From contig CM052832.1 in assembly GCA_028534125.1 (NCBI GenBank), positions 34,658,001 to 34,722,000 on the forward strand: DNA of 64,000 nt, given 5' to 3'. Every line of letters begins with the position of its first letter. Within the stretch, counting starts at the first letter, position 1. The stretch is from Lama glama (taxonomy: Eukaryota). Below the pieces are notes generated by a model. The model was given only the letters and a program-made list of their open reading frames with translations. It searched no databases and had not been told where the DNA came from. Made by a program: the position numbers and the translations under genes. Below, piece after piece: positions 1 to 13,016 of this stretch.

Positions 1-3000
1 TTGGAAGCTGGGTTGTGATTTCAGTCAGTTATGCAGTAGAAAGTCAGGGAGTCAAAGACACTGTGTGAACAGCTGTCCCTTGTCTCCTCCTCTGGCCAGT
101 GTTCTGAGAAGTGTCCTGTGACGCATCCTTTCTCTGACTCTACGTAAGCTTTAACAAGGGACCTCTTGATTCTGCGAACTCCCTTCTCCAAGTCAACAGA
201 AGTGCGAGGTGTTTGCAATGACTTTGGGCAATTTTCTGAAAATTGAAGAAAGAGGTGAAAAGCCAGTTCCACTCATTTGCGGCAGTCCCTGAGGCTGGGC
301 TTTCCTCAAGTTTGTTTGTCCACCCTCCTCCAGGCTGGACGTGGTGGGACATGCTGTCACCTGTCACACAGGAAGTGCCACTTCTGAGACTCGAGGGCCC
401 TGTGGGTGGCAGGGTGTGTCTTCGGGAAAGGCTGCAGATCTCAGGGGCTTGGAGCCACGCAGGGCTGCCTCTTATTCACAGGAGCCATTCACTGCTGACC
501 GTCACCACTCTGAGAATTCAGGCCAACAAAGCTGCATGTATCCAGAACAGTCCTGGTCACATGACATGGAGAAGGGGTGCAGGGAGGGCCACGCGGTGTT
601 CCCTGAGCTTTCTCTCCAGTGACTCATGCTCCCCCATCACAAGGTGAGAGCTCTGCTGGAGAACAGACTGCCTGGTGAGCCTGGGGAGGCCGGAGAGGGA
701 AGAAAGGCCAGGGACCCCGGGAGGCCCCAGGGAGAGCAGGGGGCTCTGGGACAAGGATGCGTGAAGGGGGGGTTAGAGGGGACGGCGTGCAGGAGGGTGG
801 ATGTGGTACAGCGAGCTTGGAGCTAAAATTACTGGAGTTTCCAGGCTCAGAGATGGGGGAGGGTGTGACCAAGACCCAAACAAAGAAGTGTGGGGGAGGA
901 GCAGACTTGTGTGGGACAAGACAGGGTGCTGGGGGCACGCCTCCCACCTGGCCTCCACGAGTGACCCCACTCCTAATCACCACCGGGCTCCCTGAGGCTG
1001 CATCCTGCTGAGGACACCTGTGGTGTGAGGTCCCACTCCTCCTGCCACCTCTTCCAGGCTGACCACCCCGTCCCCTTCCGTGTGGCCTTCTCTCTCTCCT
1101 CCTGGGCACCATCTTCTCTGCATGTGCCCAGCACCTCCCGGGCCTTGCGGGGTGTTCAGTCCTGCCTCTCTGGCCTGAAGGTACTTCAGCACCCTCAGAG
1201 CCATGTCCACGACCGCCTGCCTGCCTGGGTCCTGCTGGTCTCGGTGGGCGAGACTGAGGTTCCCGCTCACCCTCAGCCGGGCTGGCTAGCAACATGACAC
1301 CCATGACCAGCCAGGAGGAGCAGCAGGGCAGAGTCTGGGGGGCACATGTTGTCTGGCAGAAGAGGAGCCCCTGCCTCGTCTTCAAGTACGAGGAGCACCA
1401 GCCTTCGAAGGAGATGAGGGCCGCTCCTGCCGACTGAGCTTCAGGGCCGCCGACTCCGCAGCACGTCCACTGCGTGGCTGGGCCTTTGTCCTCACCTACT
1501 CGTCCCTCTTCACTGAGATGCAGTAGGCCCCCTCCCCTCAGCCTGTGGAGGGCAGGGCACGTCTCCCGAAGGGCAGTGGAGCAGAAAAACCCCTGTTCCA
1601 AGCAGGGCAAGGGGGCCTGAGGGCCAGGCAAGCAGCCAGACCGAGCCGGTGCGGGAACTGGGGGGAGGTGGGCACGGTGGTGCCTGGAGCGGGTGGAGGA
1701 GCCGCTGGCTGGGAAGCACCTGTCCCCCTGCCGCTTGGGGAGATTCTCCGCAGGCATCTTAGGCTGGAAATCATTGGTGCCTTATCTATGAGACAGCCTC
1801 TGACACAACAGATTAAGTGCTTTATACGCGTTAACTAATTTTAGCAAGAGTCCAAAGCTTTACCTTGGATTTTAGGCAACTCAAAAAAATCCTCTTTCAA
1901 CTCCTCTCCACATACGTTTAGCTCACAAAAATCGGAGCACATTTTCTATATAATGTTCTAAACTTTCATTTCTGAATGCAGATGACTGATTCGGTTTCAG
2001 AAGTGTGGGAGGGCTACCCGGCCAAGCCAGGAGGCAGTTTGATTGAGGGGCTCAAATACATGTTCTCCACCTCTCTTGCCCGGCACCCCACGCTGCGGAA
2101 GCGGGCACCCCTGGAAGCGTGCTGTGGGACGGCTGCTTTGACTCGGAACTGGAGCAAGGGCTGGCCCGCGGAGAGGGGCCTCCCCACCAAGGCAGCTGCT
2201 GCCCGCAAACCACACTGTCCGAGCCCTAAAACTTTCTTGGGACACAGAGGCCGGTTCCGTCCTGCCCCACCTGGGCTCGTGGCCGGAGACAGACCTGCCC
2301 CCAGACATGTTCTGCCCTTTCCGAGCTCAGGGGTGCGTCCACCGGCAGCCTCGTTCCAGCACTTCAGACAGGCTCAGGGGTGCGTTTGAAAATGGTTTCT
2401 CTGGTCAGCGTGGCAGTGAGGCCAGAGTTCTGACTCCGTCTTGGAGATGAACACCAGTGATCGAGGGGTTGTCAGAGGCACTGATGTCCTCAGAACCAGC
2501 TGGTCAGTGAGGCTAGCCCTTGGCCACACACTTTGCTGATGTCCGCAGCCCCCTGGCTTCTGACCTTTCACCCAGCCTTTCTGCCAGGCCCCTAGGACCG
2601 TCGCTTGCTCCCCTCCGCATGCTCCCTCTGTCCCTCGGCCCCAGGGAAGCACAGTCACACATGTTCACATGGTGCCTGAGCTGCTGAGCTGCCGAGCTGC
2701 CCACCTGCCCCCGGCTGCCTCCCCTACAGAGGAGCCGAGGAGCCTCCTGCCCCTACATGTGCTGGTCCACATGCTGCAAGGTGAGAAGGGAGGGGTGGCT
2801 GGAGGTGCCCACTCACAGTCAGGCCCAGATGCCCGGTAAAATGTGTGTTTTGGACCCCCTGGCCGTTTCCTCTTCAACTTTCAAAGTTCTGGAAGGTGCG
2901 TGGGGGCAGGGTAGTCAGACAAGCAAGGCACTCTGGCCCCGGGGAGCAGACAGGGACAGTCTGCACACTGACACATGCTGGACTTTCTCAAAAGGCGTCA

Positions 3001-6000
3001 GTTTTGTTTTGTCAGTTGTTCTTAAGGCCCATCAGACAGCACCAGATTTAACGGCCCTACATGTGAACAGCAGAGGACAGCTCTGCTGGGACGGGGCTGA
3101 GGCCGCCAGCGAGAGGTGTGCTGCCCTCCCTCCTGACCCGAGGGCCTGGTGGTCCTCCTCCTCTCCCCATGCTGGGCCCTTCTGTGTGGCCCCAGCGCCT
3201 GGGAGGGGAGCCCTCTGAACTCCTGCAGCCCCTCCCTCCCTGGCACCCAGCACCCACAAGACTCTCCGTCGCTGCTGAGCCAGCCTGTGTCCCTCATCCC
3301 ATTTAAACTGAAATTTCTGTTTTGAAACTCCCTTCAGAAATTCCCTTTCTCTTCTAAACGATGTGCTTTTTCTTTCAACTCTGCAAAATCATCCTTCAAA
3401 GCCAGTAGGCAGTGCCTTTTGAACAAACCCCTGGAATGGTCTGCTCGTCTGCTCGCTGAATTCAGCTCTCTGTTTTATTGTCTGTCAAGTGTGAAAAGGA
3501 ACTGACTTACACGGAAGGGAAGGCCTCAGAAGGGCGATGCTGTGAACCCTTAATGCAGCTGCTTTGGCAGATGTGTTTGCTTTTATCCTGGACAAAGTGT
3601 CACCTTCGTCCCTGAGGGCCACAGGTTGTAAACTGACCCTTATAGGTTGTGCTTGGGTGTGTTCTTCCTGGGTGACCTACATAGAACTTTGGGGAGGCTT
3701 AAAATTTTGCATTTTTCCAATTTGTGATTTATGTACTTACTGTTTTATAAATTAATGTGCCCTCCCCCCACCGTTGTAGTAAATGTTTGCCTTTCCTTGG
3801 CTTCTGTTTGTATCGTCTGCAACGAAAGGCTTCTTAATGCATTCTCCTCCACCTCCAGCTTTATAGATTAAAAACCAATGTTCCTTTCTAGTTCATTGAA
3901 ATTTCCCAATTTCTTCGGTATTTCTTCCTTTTGAAAATCAAGTTCAGGTCCATCAGCAGAAGTCCTCCTCCAAGACGGGAGGCGGGGCACTGCTGGGCCT
4001 GGGGGCCCTGGGGACCAAGGAGGTCACGGCAAGGCAGCACCGGGCCGTGTGGGTCCCAAGGGTGCTGAGAGCCAGCTGCAGGAGGGTCACCAAATTTAGG
4101 ACGGAGAGTGAGGGCTGACTTGGGACCAGATGAGAGGTACCCCCAGGACATTTAGGTGGACTGACCTGTAAAAGGGAGTGGAATTCACTTTGGAAGCAGG
4201 TTCACCAGGGATCAGTCTCGGGGTGGGCAGACAGGCCCCCCAGTGGACAGGGAGGAGGCGGGGACTCTGACTGTCAACCATCACAGTGGGCACTCTGACC
4301 GTCTCTGCCCCAGACTCGGAGTGGGGCACAGCGAGAGGTCAGGAGGAACCAGGTTCCCGACCGTGGACACCGATCACTTCCCTCCGACGAAGTTTCGTTT
4401 AGCACGGCTCTGGGGTGGCCCTGGCGGAGCCACCCAAGGTGACTTCCTTTAAGGCTCCTTGGCCATGGAAGGAAGCACGTGTGCCGTGCGCACAGAGCAG
4501 CCCCGCTGGGGGCGTGAGGAGAGGGAAGAAAGGATCAGGAGCGAAGAAGAGCAGGTGCCTGGGGGATTCCTCACCCAAACTGCTTCCGAGACTTGGAAGT
4601 GAGGAGCTGGGGCTGCAATGAAATGTGGGGACGGTCGGGGGCCTCGGCAAGGTGCCCTTGGGGTCAGGGCTCGGGGGGAGGTGCTGGGGGCCAGCCTCGC
4701 ATCCAGTCTGCGTTACCATGCAGGCTCTCTTTGCTGACTGTGAGCCACAGGTGTGATTCTGTTTGGGGATGGACACTTGAGATACAGGGGTTCCTGGAGG
4801 CGCCCCCGTCAACAGACGAGCTGGACAGAGGGGCCCCTGAGCCTGTGCGGCCTCAGGGACAGCCCTGGGTCAGAAGTCCACTCCCCGCCGCCCTGCAGGT
4901 GACCCTGCCCAGTGCTCACACTGCCTGTACCTCAGTGTCCACATCCAAACCTTCTGCTCCCCAGGTGGCCCTATTGGGGCAGAGCAGCATTGCACCCGTG
5001 CACTGCTCGACGAATAAGCGCTGGAAAGAGAAAGCAGTTCACCCCCCAGCTGAAACCACGTGCAGCACCTCCCCCGGAAACAACCGGACGCTCCCGTCCA
5101 AAGTGTTCGTCTCAGCACCTGTTGCTGTAAAACTTGGATTTAATTTAAATATCTAATCATCAGGAACAATCAGTATGCATCAGCACGTTCACACAGTTGG
5201 GAAATTGAGAGAAGCTTTGCTACTTTGGGGAAAGCGCTTATGCTATGATGTTAAAGGGAAGGAGGCACAGAGCCACATGCACACGCGGCCTTAGCTGAGA
5301 GGGACGGGCAGCAGCTGGGGCCCCGACGTGCGGGAGGCCACACGGGGTTTTCATCCTTTGTCTTTCCTCCATTTTCTCTCTGAAGTTTACACTTTGGGGG
5401 GATAAAAATACCTTATAATCAAAACCATCAAAGCATGGTCTTAAAGACAGAAAAGCAACAGAGAAAAGACTGACAGACATGCTGGTTTATGTCAAGTGCA
5501 GAGACAGGACGCCGGACCCACAGGTTCAGTGTGTGCCCCGCCTAGGCCAGTCCCGTGGACTCCTCCTCTTGGCTGTGAGCTTCGCTCCTCACATGTCTTT
5601 ACTTTCACACTGGTGTCTTTCGCTGGGTTGCTTGAAGTCCGGCTGGGAGGCATAGAGCGCCATTGTCGGATTTCAAAGATGCCTCTGGAAACCAAAGCTG
5701 TATCAGAGCAGGGTTCCTGCCCTCAACACATTTTCAGCTGAACACCTCCACTGGTGACCTCCTTCTCGCAGAAATCCAATGGTCTCACCCCCTTTCTGAG
5801 CCTTAGGCCTCTCAGCTCCTCTGACCAGCCCCTTCTCCACGACTGGCCTCCCCGTCCCATCTTCAGGGGCTTCCCCCACCGTAATCACCGCGTTTGTATT
5901 CCGTTGTGTCTCACCAAATTCCGCTCCTCCTTCTCAGAATCTCTAGGCCTCCCAATGCTTTTGAATCAACCCAGATGAACATTCAGAGACGTTCATCTGC

Positions 6001-6319
6001 ACGACACCAGCTACCCTCATAACCAGCGGCCCAGTGGCCTGTCCTGCCCCTTCCACCCAAAGCACCCCCTCCTACTGCAGCCTCTTACCTCTCCCTCGCC
6101 CACTCTACCTGTGATTCAAATGCTCTGCCTTTAGCAGCAAAAGGCGGGTCTCTCTCCGTTCCAGAACACTCTCCTCCCGGCCCGAATTTTCGCGTTCAGC
6201 CGCAGCCCGCAGCGGCCTCCTCCGGCCTGGCCCTTCCGTCTCCCTTGTCGTTAAGGGCTGTCTCTGGGCTTGGTGGAAGTTCTGTCCGAGTTCAGGCGAT
6301 GTCTGTGGGCGTTGCTTTT

Positions 6320-6880
6320 AAAAATTAATTACGTTTTTAAATTTCAAACCATGTTACTGAGGTGTGATTGACACGTAAGAAGCTGGATGCACTTAATGTA
6401 TGTAACCTGAGTTTGGGGATGAGTTCAATCTGTGGAGCATCACCGCCATCAAGGCCATGAACACATCCATCAACTCCCAGAGTTTCCTCCCACCCCTTTT
6501 AAATCATTGCTGTTGTTGTCATGTAGTAATTCTGTCCTCTTAGCCAAGTGTAGGTGTGCAGCCCAGCGTGTGAGCTGCAGGCCCCAAGCGGAGCCTGTCC
6601 TCCGGCGTAAGTGCAGCGCTGTCCTCCGACCGCCGCCCCCGTTCTCCCCCAGCCCCTGCATCCACGCCTCCACCCTCTGCTTCTCCAAGTGCGCCTGACT
6701 GAGATTCTGCACGCAAGTGAGGTCACACAGGGTTTGTCCTTCTGTGCCTGCCTGTGTCACTGAGAACAATGTCCTCAAGCTCCATCCACATGGTCACAGA
6801 TGACAGGGCGTCTTTCTTTCTTTACGATCAAACAGTACTCTGTACATCTATCCTTCATCCATTCATTACAGGCATTCTTA
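6320..6880 (-). mobile_element. Old LINE-1 3' end fragment (L1M-type)
   Basis: Shows antisense L1 3' motifs (ctgtgcctgcctgtgtcactgagaacaatgtcctcaagctccatccacatggtcacagatgacagg). ORF 6470..6778 begins with a decayed ORF2 C-terminal-like stretch. Confidence 0.75.
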
Positions 6881-9800
6881 AAAACTGTAAGACAGGTTAT
6901 TCATGTAACAAATATTTTTTAGTACCTTTTGCAATACACAAGGCACTCCACTAGGCTGTGAGAGGAGGCGTGGGTAAGTGGACAGCTCTCCTCAAACCAT
7001 CACCATTTAGAGGCAAAGGTTAGACTTGCACCAAGCACTGTTGTTGAGGGAAGTGTGTGGTTACTGATCGTGGGCACGGGTTTCAACTTCGACTTGTGTA
7101 TTTCTCTTGTGACCTTATTTCCCTCTGAGTCCCAGCAATGAGGGTCACGTTTCCAGTTCTTTATCATTTTCCCAGGCCTTAGTGCTCTGCATGAGGTAAG
7201 CTATCTGGCAGGCAACGTGAAGGAGAGAATTCGGACAATTTTTCAAATTGAGATAGAATTTTTTTAAACAAAGAATTTGAGTTTGCACTGCCCTAACTGC
7301 CCATCTCCGTTGGCCGAGTTCAGACGCTTTTCCCTCATCCTCGGTCTCATCTCTGTGGAGAAACGGGGCAGGATCTGCGGGGATCTCCGGCTCCCCCGGC
7401 GACGCCCGGCTCCAGCTGAAGAGCAGCTCCCTGACTCAGGCCTGGCCTCTGTTTTCAGGAGAGCAGCTGCTGGAATTTTTGGGCGGTGGCGCTCAGTCCT
7501 TTCTTGTCTTTCATGCCCTTGACACCCAAGGCTTCTGGCGGTCACCTTGTGGAAAGTTTCAGAATGCGGCCTTGTCTGCTGTTTCCTCGGTGTTGATCAG
7601 TGGAGGTGATGCGCTTCTGGCAGGAGTCCCAGGAAATGGCACTTGTCCTCCGAGCGTCCAGCAGGGTGTGTGGGGCCCACGGTTTCCTTCCTTCCTTCGT
7701 CCCCAGGGCTGCGGGCTTCCTCAGCTGTGAAGACTGTAATTAACACTGTTTCTCTCTTCCTAACTGGTCAACCTCTTGGGGGAGACAAGGTGAGAGACTA
7801 TGGAAATACCCTGTTTTTCCTCGAAGCTGAGCACAGTGATTTTTGTGTCACCAGTGGGTCTGCCCTGCGACGGCTCTTGCTGTAGTGTTTGCCTTTTGAT
7901 GACTCGGTGTTTTCCTTGTTTCTTCCACGCTTGTTAACTTAAATCCTTCGCTGCCGTTGGTTCGCCTGCTTCTTTGCTAGTTCGCGTCACTGTGGACACA
8001 CGGGCATTCGTGTCGTCTTGGGGTTTAGAGCGCAGCGCCTCTCGTTTCTGGGTTAGAGGCGCTGCCCACCGGGACGCTCGCATCAGTCCAGCTTTGGCCG
8101 CTGGGAGCTCCTTCGGGCCGGTGTCTGTGCCACATGCCTCTCTTTCTCAAACCCTCCCCTGTCTTCTGGCCCCACCAGCCTCAGGCTTGTCTGGCAGCCC
8201 CCTCGCTCCCACCTGGGATGAGCCGCGTGCCCACAGCCGGGGCCCGCCATGCCGGCGCGTTACTCAGAACAGGCTGTGGATCAGGCCGTGCCTGACCTTG
8301 CCTGGTTTTCCAGTCTCTGTTTCACCACCACAGTTGCACCCCAACCACCACCTCCTGGTGGAGACGCTGCCCCAGGAGAGCAAGGCCTCGTGTCCGGCCC
8401 CTCGGCGCCTGCTCAGCTCAGAGGAGCAGAGGTTGTCTCCCTTTGCTTTGGGGCGCTCATCACTCAGGAGACGGTGCTGGCAAGTTGGCCACAGAAGCAA
8501 TCAGGGCTTTGAAGCAATTCCAGCTTCTGCCAGCCTGGGGAGCCTGAAACCAGGAATCATGTCTCTGTCCTCATCTTTCTATAAATAGCTCTGAAGGAGA
8601 CAGAATCCAGGAGCCTGTACATCACTCCACAGAACCGAGTGCACTCTGGCAGCCAGGACACAGGGACGCACGTATCGCAGGACGTCAGTAAGCCTGGTCT
8701 CCAAGGTGCAAACTGACGCGGATCCTGAGGAGTCTCTCCTGCACACACGTGCCAAACGTGTACACCAGCAGCGAGAGGCAGGAGGTGAGCTGCTCGGGGC
8801 AGGGCGGGTGATCGGCCTGAGAGCACGTGGGGCAGGGCTGACTCTGAGGGGTGGGGCAGGCAGCGTGGGTCCTGCTGCTGAACCTTGCTGTCGAATTCGT
8901 CTGACACATTCCGTTATCTTTATCCTTTCGAGATCCCCTAACATTCAGAGGTGTAAGTGAGGCCAAAATTGTCCCCGTCGGCTGCAGCTGCCCCGGGAGC
9001 CCAGGCGGACCCAGGGATGCGCAGCATGTGGTGAACGCACTGCAGCCGTGGCCCTGGTGTCCCAGCGAGGAGCGGAGCTTTCAGGGACTCACACGCCGTG
9101 CTGTGTCCGTCCTGGGTCCCGGCACACTTGGGGAGATGACGGCTTGGAAGCGGGGAGGGCCTTCGGCCTCGCCTTTGAGGGCAGTGGCAGAAAAAGCAGT
9201 TAAAGACAGGCCCCCGAGTTCACATCCCAGGCTGGCCCGAGGCAGTCTCTCACCCCCAGCTTCATCCTGCGCCGGGTCCGGGGTGCCGACGCAGCGCCTC
9301 CCTGCGCCCCCGGTGACTGAGCGCGCACCAGGCACGCTCCGCGCTGGACGGGCCGTGCGCGGGGCCCTGAGCCAGAGGACGCCCTCCTCACAGTGGGCTT
9401 TCACTTCTCCACCAGCGCGGACCTGCACGTTCAAGTCATCCTGCGCATTCGGGTCCAACGCCACCACTTACCCTGTGCTGAGCTCACTCCCGCTTTGGCC
9501 CCTGTGGCTGCAGCCGGTGGACGTCTGAGCCCCTTGACTCCTGTGCTTCCTGAGAACATCCTTCCTCTGGCTCCAAGACAGAGGCCGTCAAGGGCTGACT
9601 GAGCAATTACAGCACGGGAACCCTTGCCTGGGGCGGGGAGGCAGCTGTTCCCCAGGACAAGTGCAGGGCTGGTAGGGGGCCCCAGGACGCACGTGTGGGG
9701 AGCAGGGCCAGGTGGCCAGATGCTGCGGATGGAGTTGTCGGGCACGTCGGGGAGCTCAGACTCGGGTCTAAGAGCAGCTGGAGCATGGAGGCTTTACCCA

Positions 9801-10310
9801 GGCTGCTTTTCAGATGAGATGAGGTTACGTCTACGTCAGTGGTGGGCACTCGGGGGGCACACTCCCTGCTGCTGTCCCTGCCGCTGTCACCATCGCTGCT
9901 TCCGTACCTTGAGCCTTATTCAGGAGAACGTAACCACTACTCTTTCTTAGAGAACTCTGCATATCTGAAGGCCCCCAAACTGGATACTAGACACTCTGTA
10001 ACCCCCTCTCAGTTTACGGGGAAGTTGTCTAGACTCGGGGGGGGGCACGTGTGGGAGTCTGGGGAGCTGTCTGACTCCCCCCCAGACCAGTGGGAGCTGG
10101 GTCTCGAGAAGACAGACCATGAGGCTCAGCTCCCCCAGACGTCTGTCACCTGCCGTCACGTCAGCCTTGGACTCATGAAGATGATTGTGGTCCAAATCCT
10201 TTTTCTCCTTCAATAAGCCTTCAGTGTCTGGGTACCTAACACCTGCTGCGGCTGGGGTAACCACGGGTCCAGCAGCAGACACATCAGAACGTCTGTCTCC
10301 ATGTGTTTTA

Positions 10311-10963
10311 TTTTTATTTATTTATTTATCTATTTTAATTGCAGTGCGGTCAGTTACAGTGTGCCCGTTTCTGGTGTGCAGCACAGTGTCCCGGTCATGC
10401 ATGTACATACATATATTCATTTTCATATACTTTTCCATTAAAGGTTATTACAAGATATTGAATGTAGTTCCTTGTGCTGTACGGAAGAAACTTGTTTTTT
10501 ATCTAGTTTTATACATAGTGGTCAGCCTTTGCAAGTCTCAAACCCTTAAGTTTGTCCCTTCCCACCCTTTCTCCCCTGGTAACCATAAATTGTTTACTGT
10601 GTCTGTCTGTTTCTGTTTTGTAGATGAGCTCATTAGTGTCCTTTTCGTTTCTTTTCTTTTTTTAAGATTCCACATATGAGTGATACCATGTGGCACTTTT
10701 CTTTCTCTTTCTGTCTTACTTCACTTAGAGTGATGATCTCCAGGTCCATCCATGTTGCTGCAAATGGCATTATTTTATTATGTTTTACGGCCGAGCAGCA
10801 CTCCGTTGCATAAATGCACCGCAACGCCTTTATCCGGTCGCCTGTCAATGGACATCGAGGCTGTTTCCGCGTCTCGGCTGTCGTACATGGAGCTGCTGTG
10901 AACTTCGGGGTGCAGGTCTTTTCCAATTAAGTTCCCTCCAGATGTGTGACCAGGACTGGGATT
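10311..10963 (-). mobile_element. 5'-truncated LINE-1 (ORF2 C-terminus + 3' UTR + A-rich tail) with TSD
   Basis: ORF 10633..10926 reads TCTPKFTAA...KQPRCP...IMPFAATWMDLEIITLSEVRQKEKEKCHMVSLICGI, which is the L1 ORF2 C-terminus. A (TTTA)n tail starts at 10311. The direct repeat tc[c/t]atgtgtttta flanks it at 10298-10310 and 10964-10976. Confidence 0.93.
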
Positions 10964-11298
10964 TCTATGTGTTTTAACCTAAAATTTTAAAAATGAGCTG
11001 AACTCACGCTTAGCCCAGGGAGTGGCAGTGGCCCCATGCTCGTCCAGCTCCACGATCGCCGGGAGGGTCCTAATGGTGACTGCCATGGGGCACTGCCAGG
11101 GCCCCTCCCACTTCCGGTGTTAAACAGAAGGCCCCCCCAGAATGTGAATGAAAACTGTAGTGAGAAAGAGGAGCCGTCCCCCCTCCCGAGAACAGGCGCT
11201 GTCAGCGGCCTTTCCAGAGTAAAACCATGCAGTGCTAACCTCACAAGAAGCCAGCCCCTTACATTCGAGACTCTCAAAGAGGCTATTTGAAACGTAGA

Positions 11299-11610
11299 TG
11301 CTGTAGACTGAACGTGTCCCCACGAAGTCCACGTGTGGAGACTGTAACCCCCAAGGGAGGGGGTAGGAGGTGGGGCTTTGGGAGGTGATCAGGTCCTGAG
11401 GATCCTGATCAGGGATTGGAGTCCCTGTAGAAGGGACCCCAGAGAGCTCCCGCCCCTCCCTCCACATGAGGACGTGGCGGGAAGACAGATACGAGGTCTG
11501 TGGGGCCGAGGTCCGGACTTCCGCCTCCAGAACTGTGAGAAGTCCAGGCCTGCTGCTAGCCTCCCCATTTGTGGTAGTTGTTTGAGCAGCAGCCCAGTCG
11601 AGCTAACGCA
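11299..11610 (+). mobile_element. MaLR solo LTR (MLT1A/B-like)
   Basis: Characteristic MLT1 blocks: tgctgtagactgaacgtgtcccca..., ggaggtggggctttgggaggtgatcagg, gaccccagagagctc, ggacttccgcctccagaactgtgagaa, and the end gcagcagcccagtcgagctaacgca. Confidence 0.85.
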
Positions 11611-12786
11611 GCAAGTGCCCACCCTCCCTGACCCCACGTCAGAAGTGTGCTTCACCCCAGGTGCCAGCTACAGACCTATCCCTGTGGTTATAGAGAAGTC
11701 CGGAGCACACAGTCCGGAGACTCTCCCAAACCCCACACTCCGCATGAATGATCTGTTCAATAGCCCGTGCCGGACAGAGTGTAGGAAGCTGGAGTCCTGA
11801 GCTGAGGAAGACATCACCCTGGCTTCACGAGCTCTCACACATGCACGTGCACGCAGCGCGTGCACACGCACTGCATGGTACCGTGTGATGAGGGAAATGA
11901 GGAGCGGCTTCTGCAAGACAGAGTTCTGTGGGTGCAACAGGGACGTATCCAGGAAAGGACTCAGGGAGGGGCGAGGAGTCCTCCCAGACAGCACCCCCCC
12001 ACCCTAAATGAGCCGGGGCGGGCCAGCCTGAGTGGACAGCTGCGCAGAAGCAAGGAGGGCACAGGGCATGTGGCCTGAGGGTCAGCAAGTCGTCCGGGGA
12101 GGGAAGCACCCAGGAGACTCAGGAAGGGCATGTTGGTGGCCACCAGGCTCTGCCAAATGTTCCCCTACATCCTGTTGCCCACAGGCCGCACAGCCTCCCC
12201 AGGGAGCTGAAAGCCTCTAATGAGGACCACATGGACCTTCCAGAAGACCCTGTGGATTCCAGGTGAATCTTGCTGTCTTCGGGGGCAGGAGAGGACGCGT
12301 CCGCTTAGCGGTCCCTCCAGGCCCGCCCAGAGGCACTCCTTACCTGTTTGTAGCCCTTGTACGTGCATCTGTAAACAGTAAATGATATGTTTTGCTTGTT
12401 TTTAAAGGATTCTAGAAATTACATTTGTAATGTTTTATCTCTTTTATAGGAAAAATAAGCATTACAAAATACGAAATACCAGTTCTCGTTGTGGGAGCCA
12501 GCACCCTGTATGTCTTGCATCTTGTTTAAAAAGCCCGAGGAGAGCCCGGAGCGCCGGTGGCTAACATCCACGGCTCAGGGTGCAGAGCGCTACTCAGCAG
12601 CCCTGACGGCTCCTTCCTGAAGCTGCGGTGGGGCCCTGCCCGCAGGGCAGGTCGGAGGCGGCCCTGGGGTCAGGACCCGCGGCCTGCACAGCCCAGGACA
12701 GGGCCGGGCTGGCGGGGCCTTTCTGCTTCAGACCCAGCGCAGCGCGGAGACGGGTCAAGGCCACCTCCAGGGTGGGTCCTGGACAC

Positions 12787-12866
12787 TCCTTCCTCCCTTC
12801 CTTCCTCCCTCCCTCCCTCCCTTCCTTCCTTTCTCTCTCTCTCTCTCTGTCTTTCCTTCTTTTTTC
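12787..12866. repeat. Polypyrimidine microsatellite (CCTT/CCCT/CT)n
   Basis: About 80 bp of almost pure pyrimidine next to the SINE 3' end. Confidence 0.9.
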
Positions 12867-12884
12867 TTAAGAAATGGATTTTCC

Positions 12885-13016
12885 GCTTTTTCGGTTATTT
12901 CGTGGGGGGGGATAACTATAGGTTTATCTGCTTGTTTTGATGCAGGTCCGGGGGACAGAGCCCAGGACCTTGTGTGTGCTGAGCACACGCTCTACCCCTG
13001 TGCTGTACCCTCCCCC
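12885..13016 (-). mobile_element. tRNA-derived SINE, camelid type (vic-1/Vpa-like)
   Basis: The minus strand reads GGGGGAGGGTACAGCACAGGGGTAGAGCGTGTGCTCAGCACACACAAGGTCCTGGGCTCTGTCCCCCGGACCTGCATCAAAACAAGCAGATAAACCTATAGTTATCCCCCCC. It has a decayed A-box/B-box head and a AAACCT...CCCCC tail matching my recall of the camelid SINE. Confidence 0.8.

Noticed and set aside
624-1757. 377-aa minus-strand ORF
   Set aside because: It is rich in Pro/Gly/Arg/Ser, has no recognisable domain, and overlaps ORFs in most frames, as expected for stop-poor GC-rich DNA.
1-6300. IRF4 exons or promoter
   Set aside because: No IRF DNA-binding-domain peptide appears in any listed ORF and there is no dense CpG island.
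12344-12368. 25-nt minus-strand micro-exon (TTTACAG|...CAG|GTAAGG)
   Set aside because: The polypyrimidine tract is weak, it probably lies in an old L1 fragment, and it has no partner exons.
12940-13016. Possible tRNA gene
   Set aside because: The A/B boxes are decayed, there is no acceptor stem, and it has a SINE-type tail, so it is a tRNA-derived SINE.
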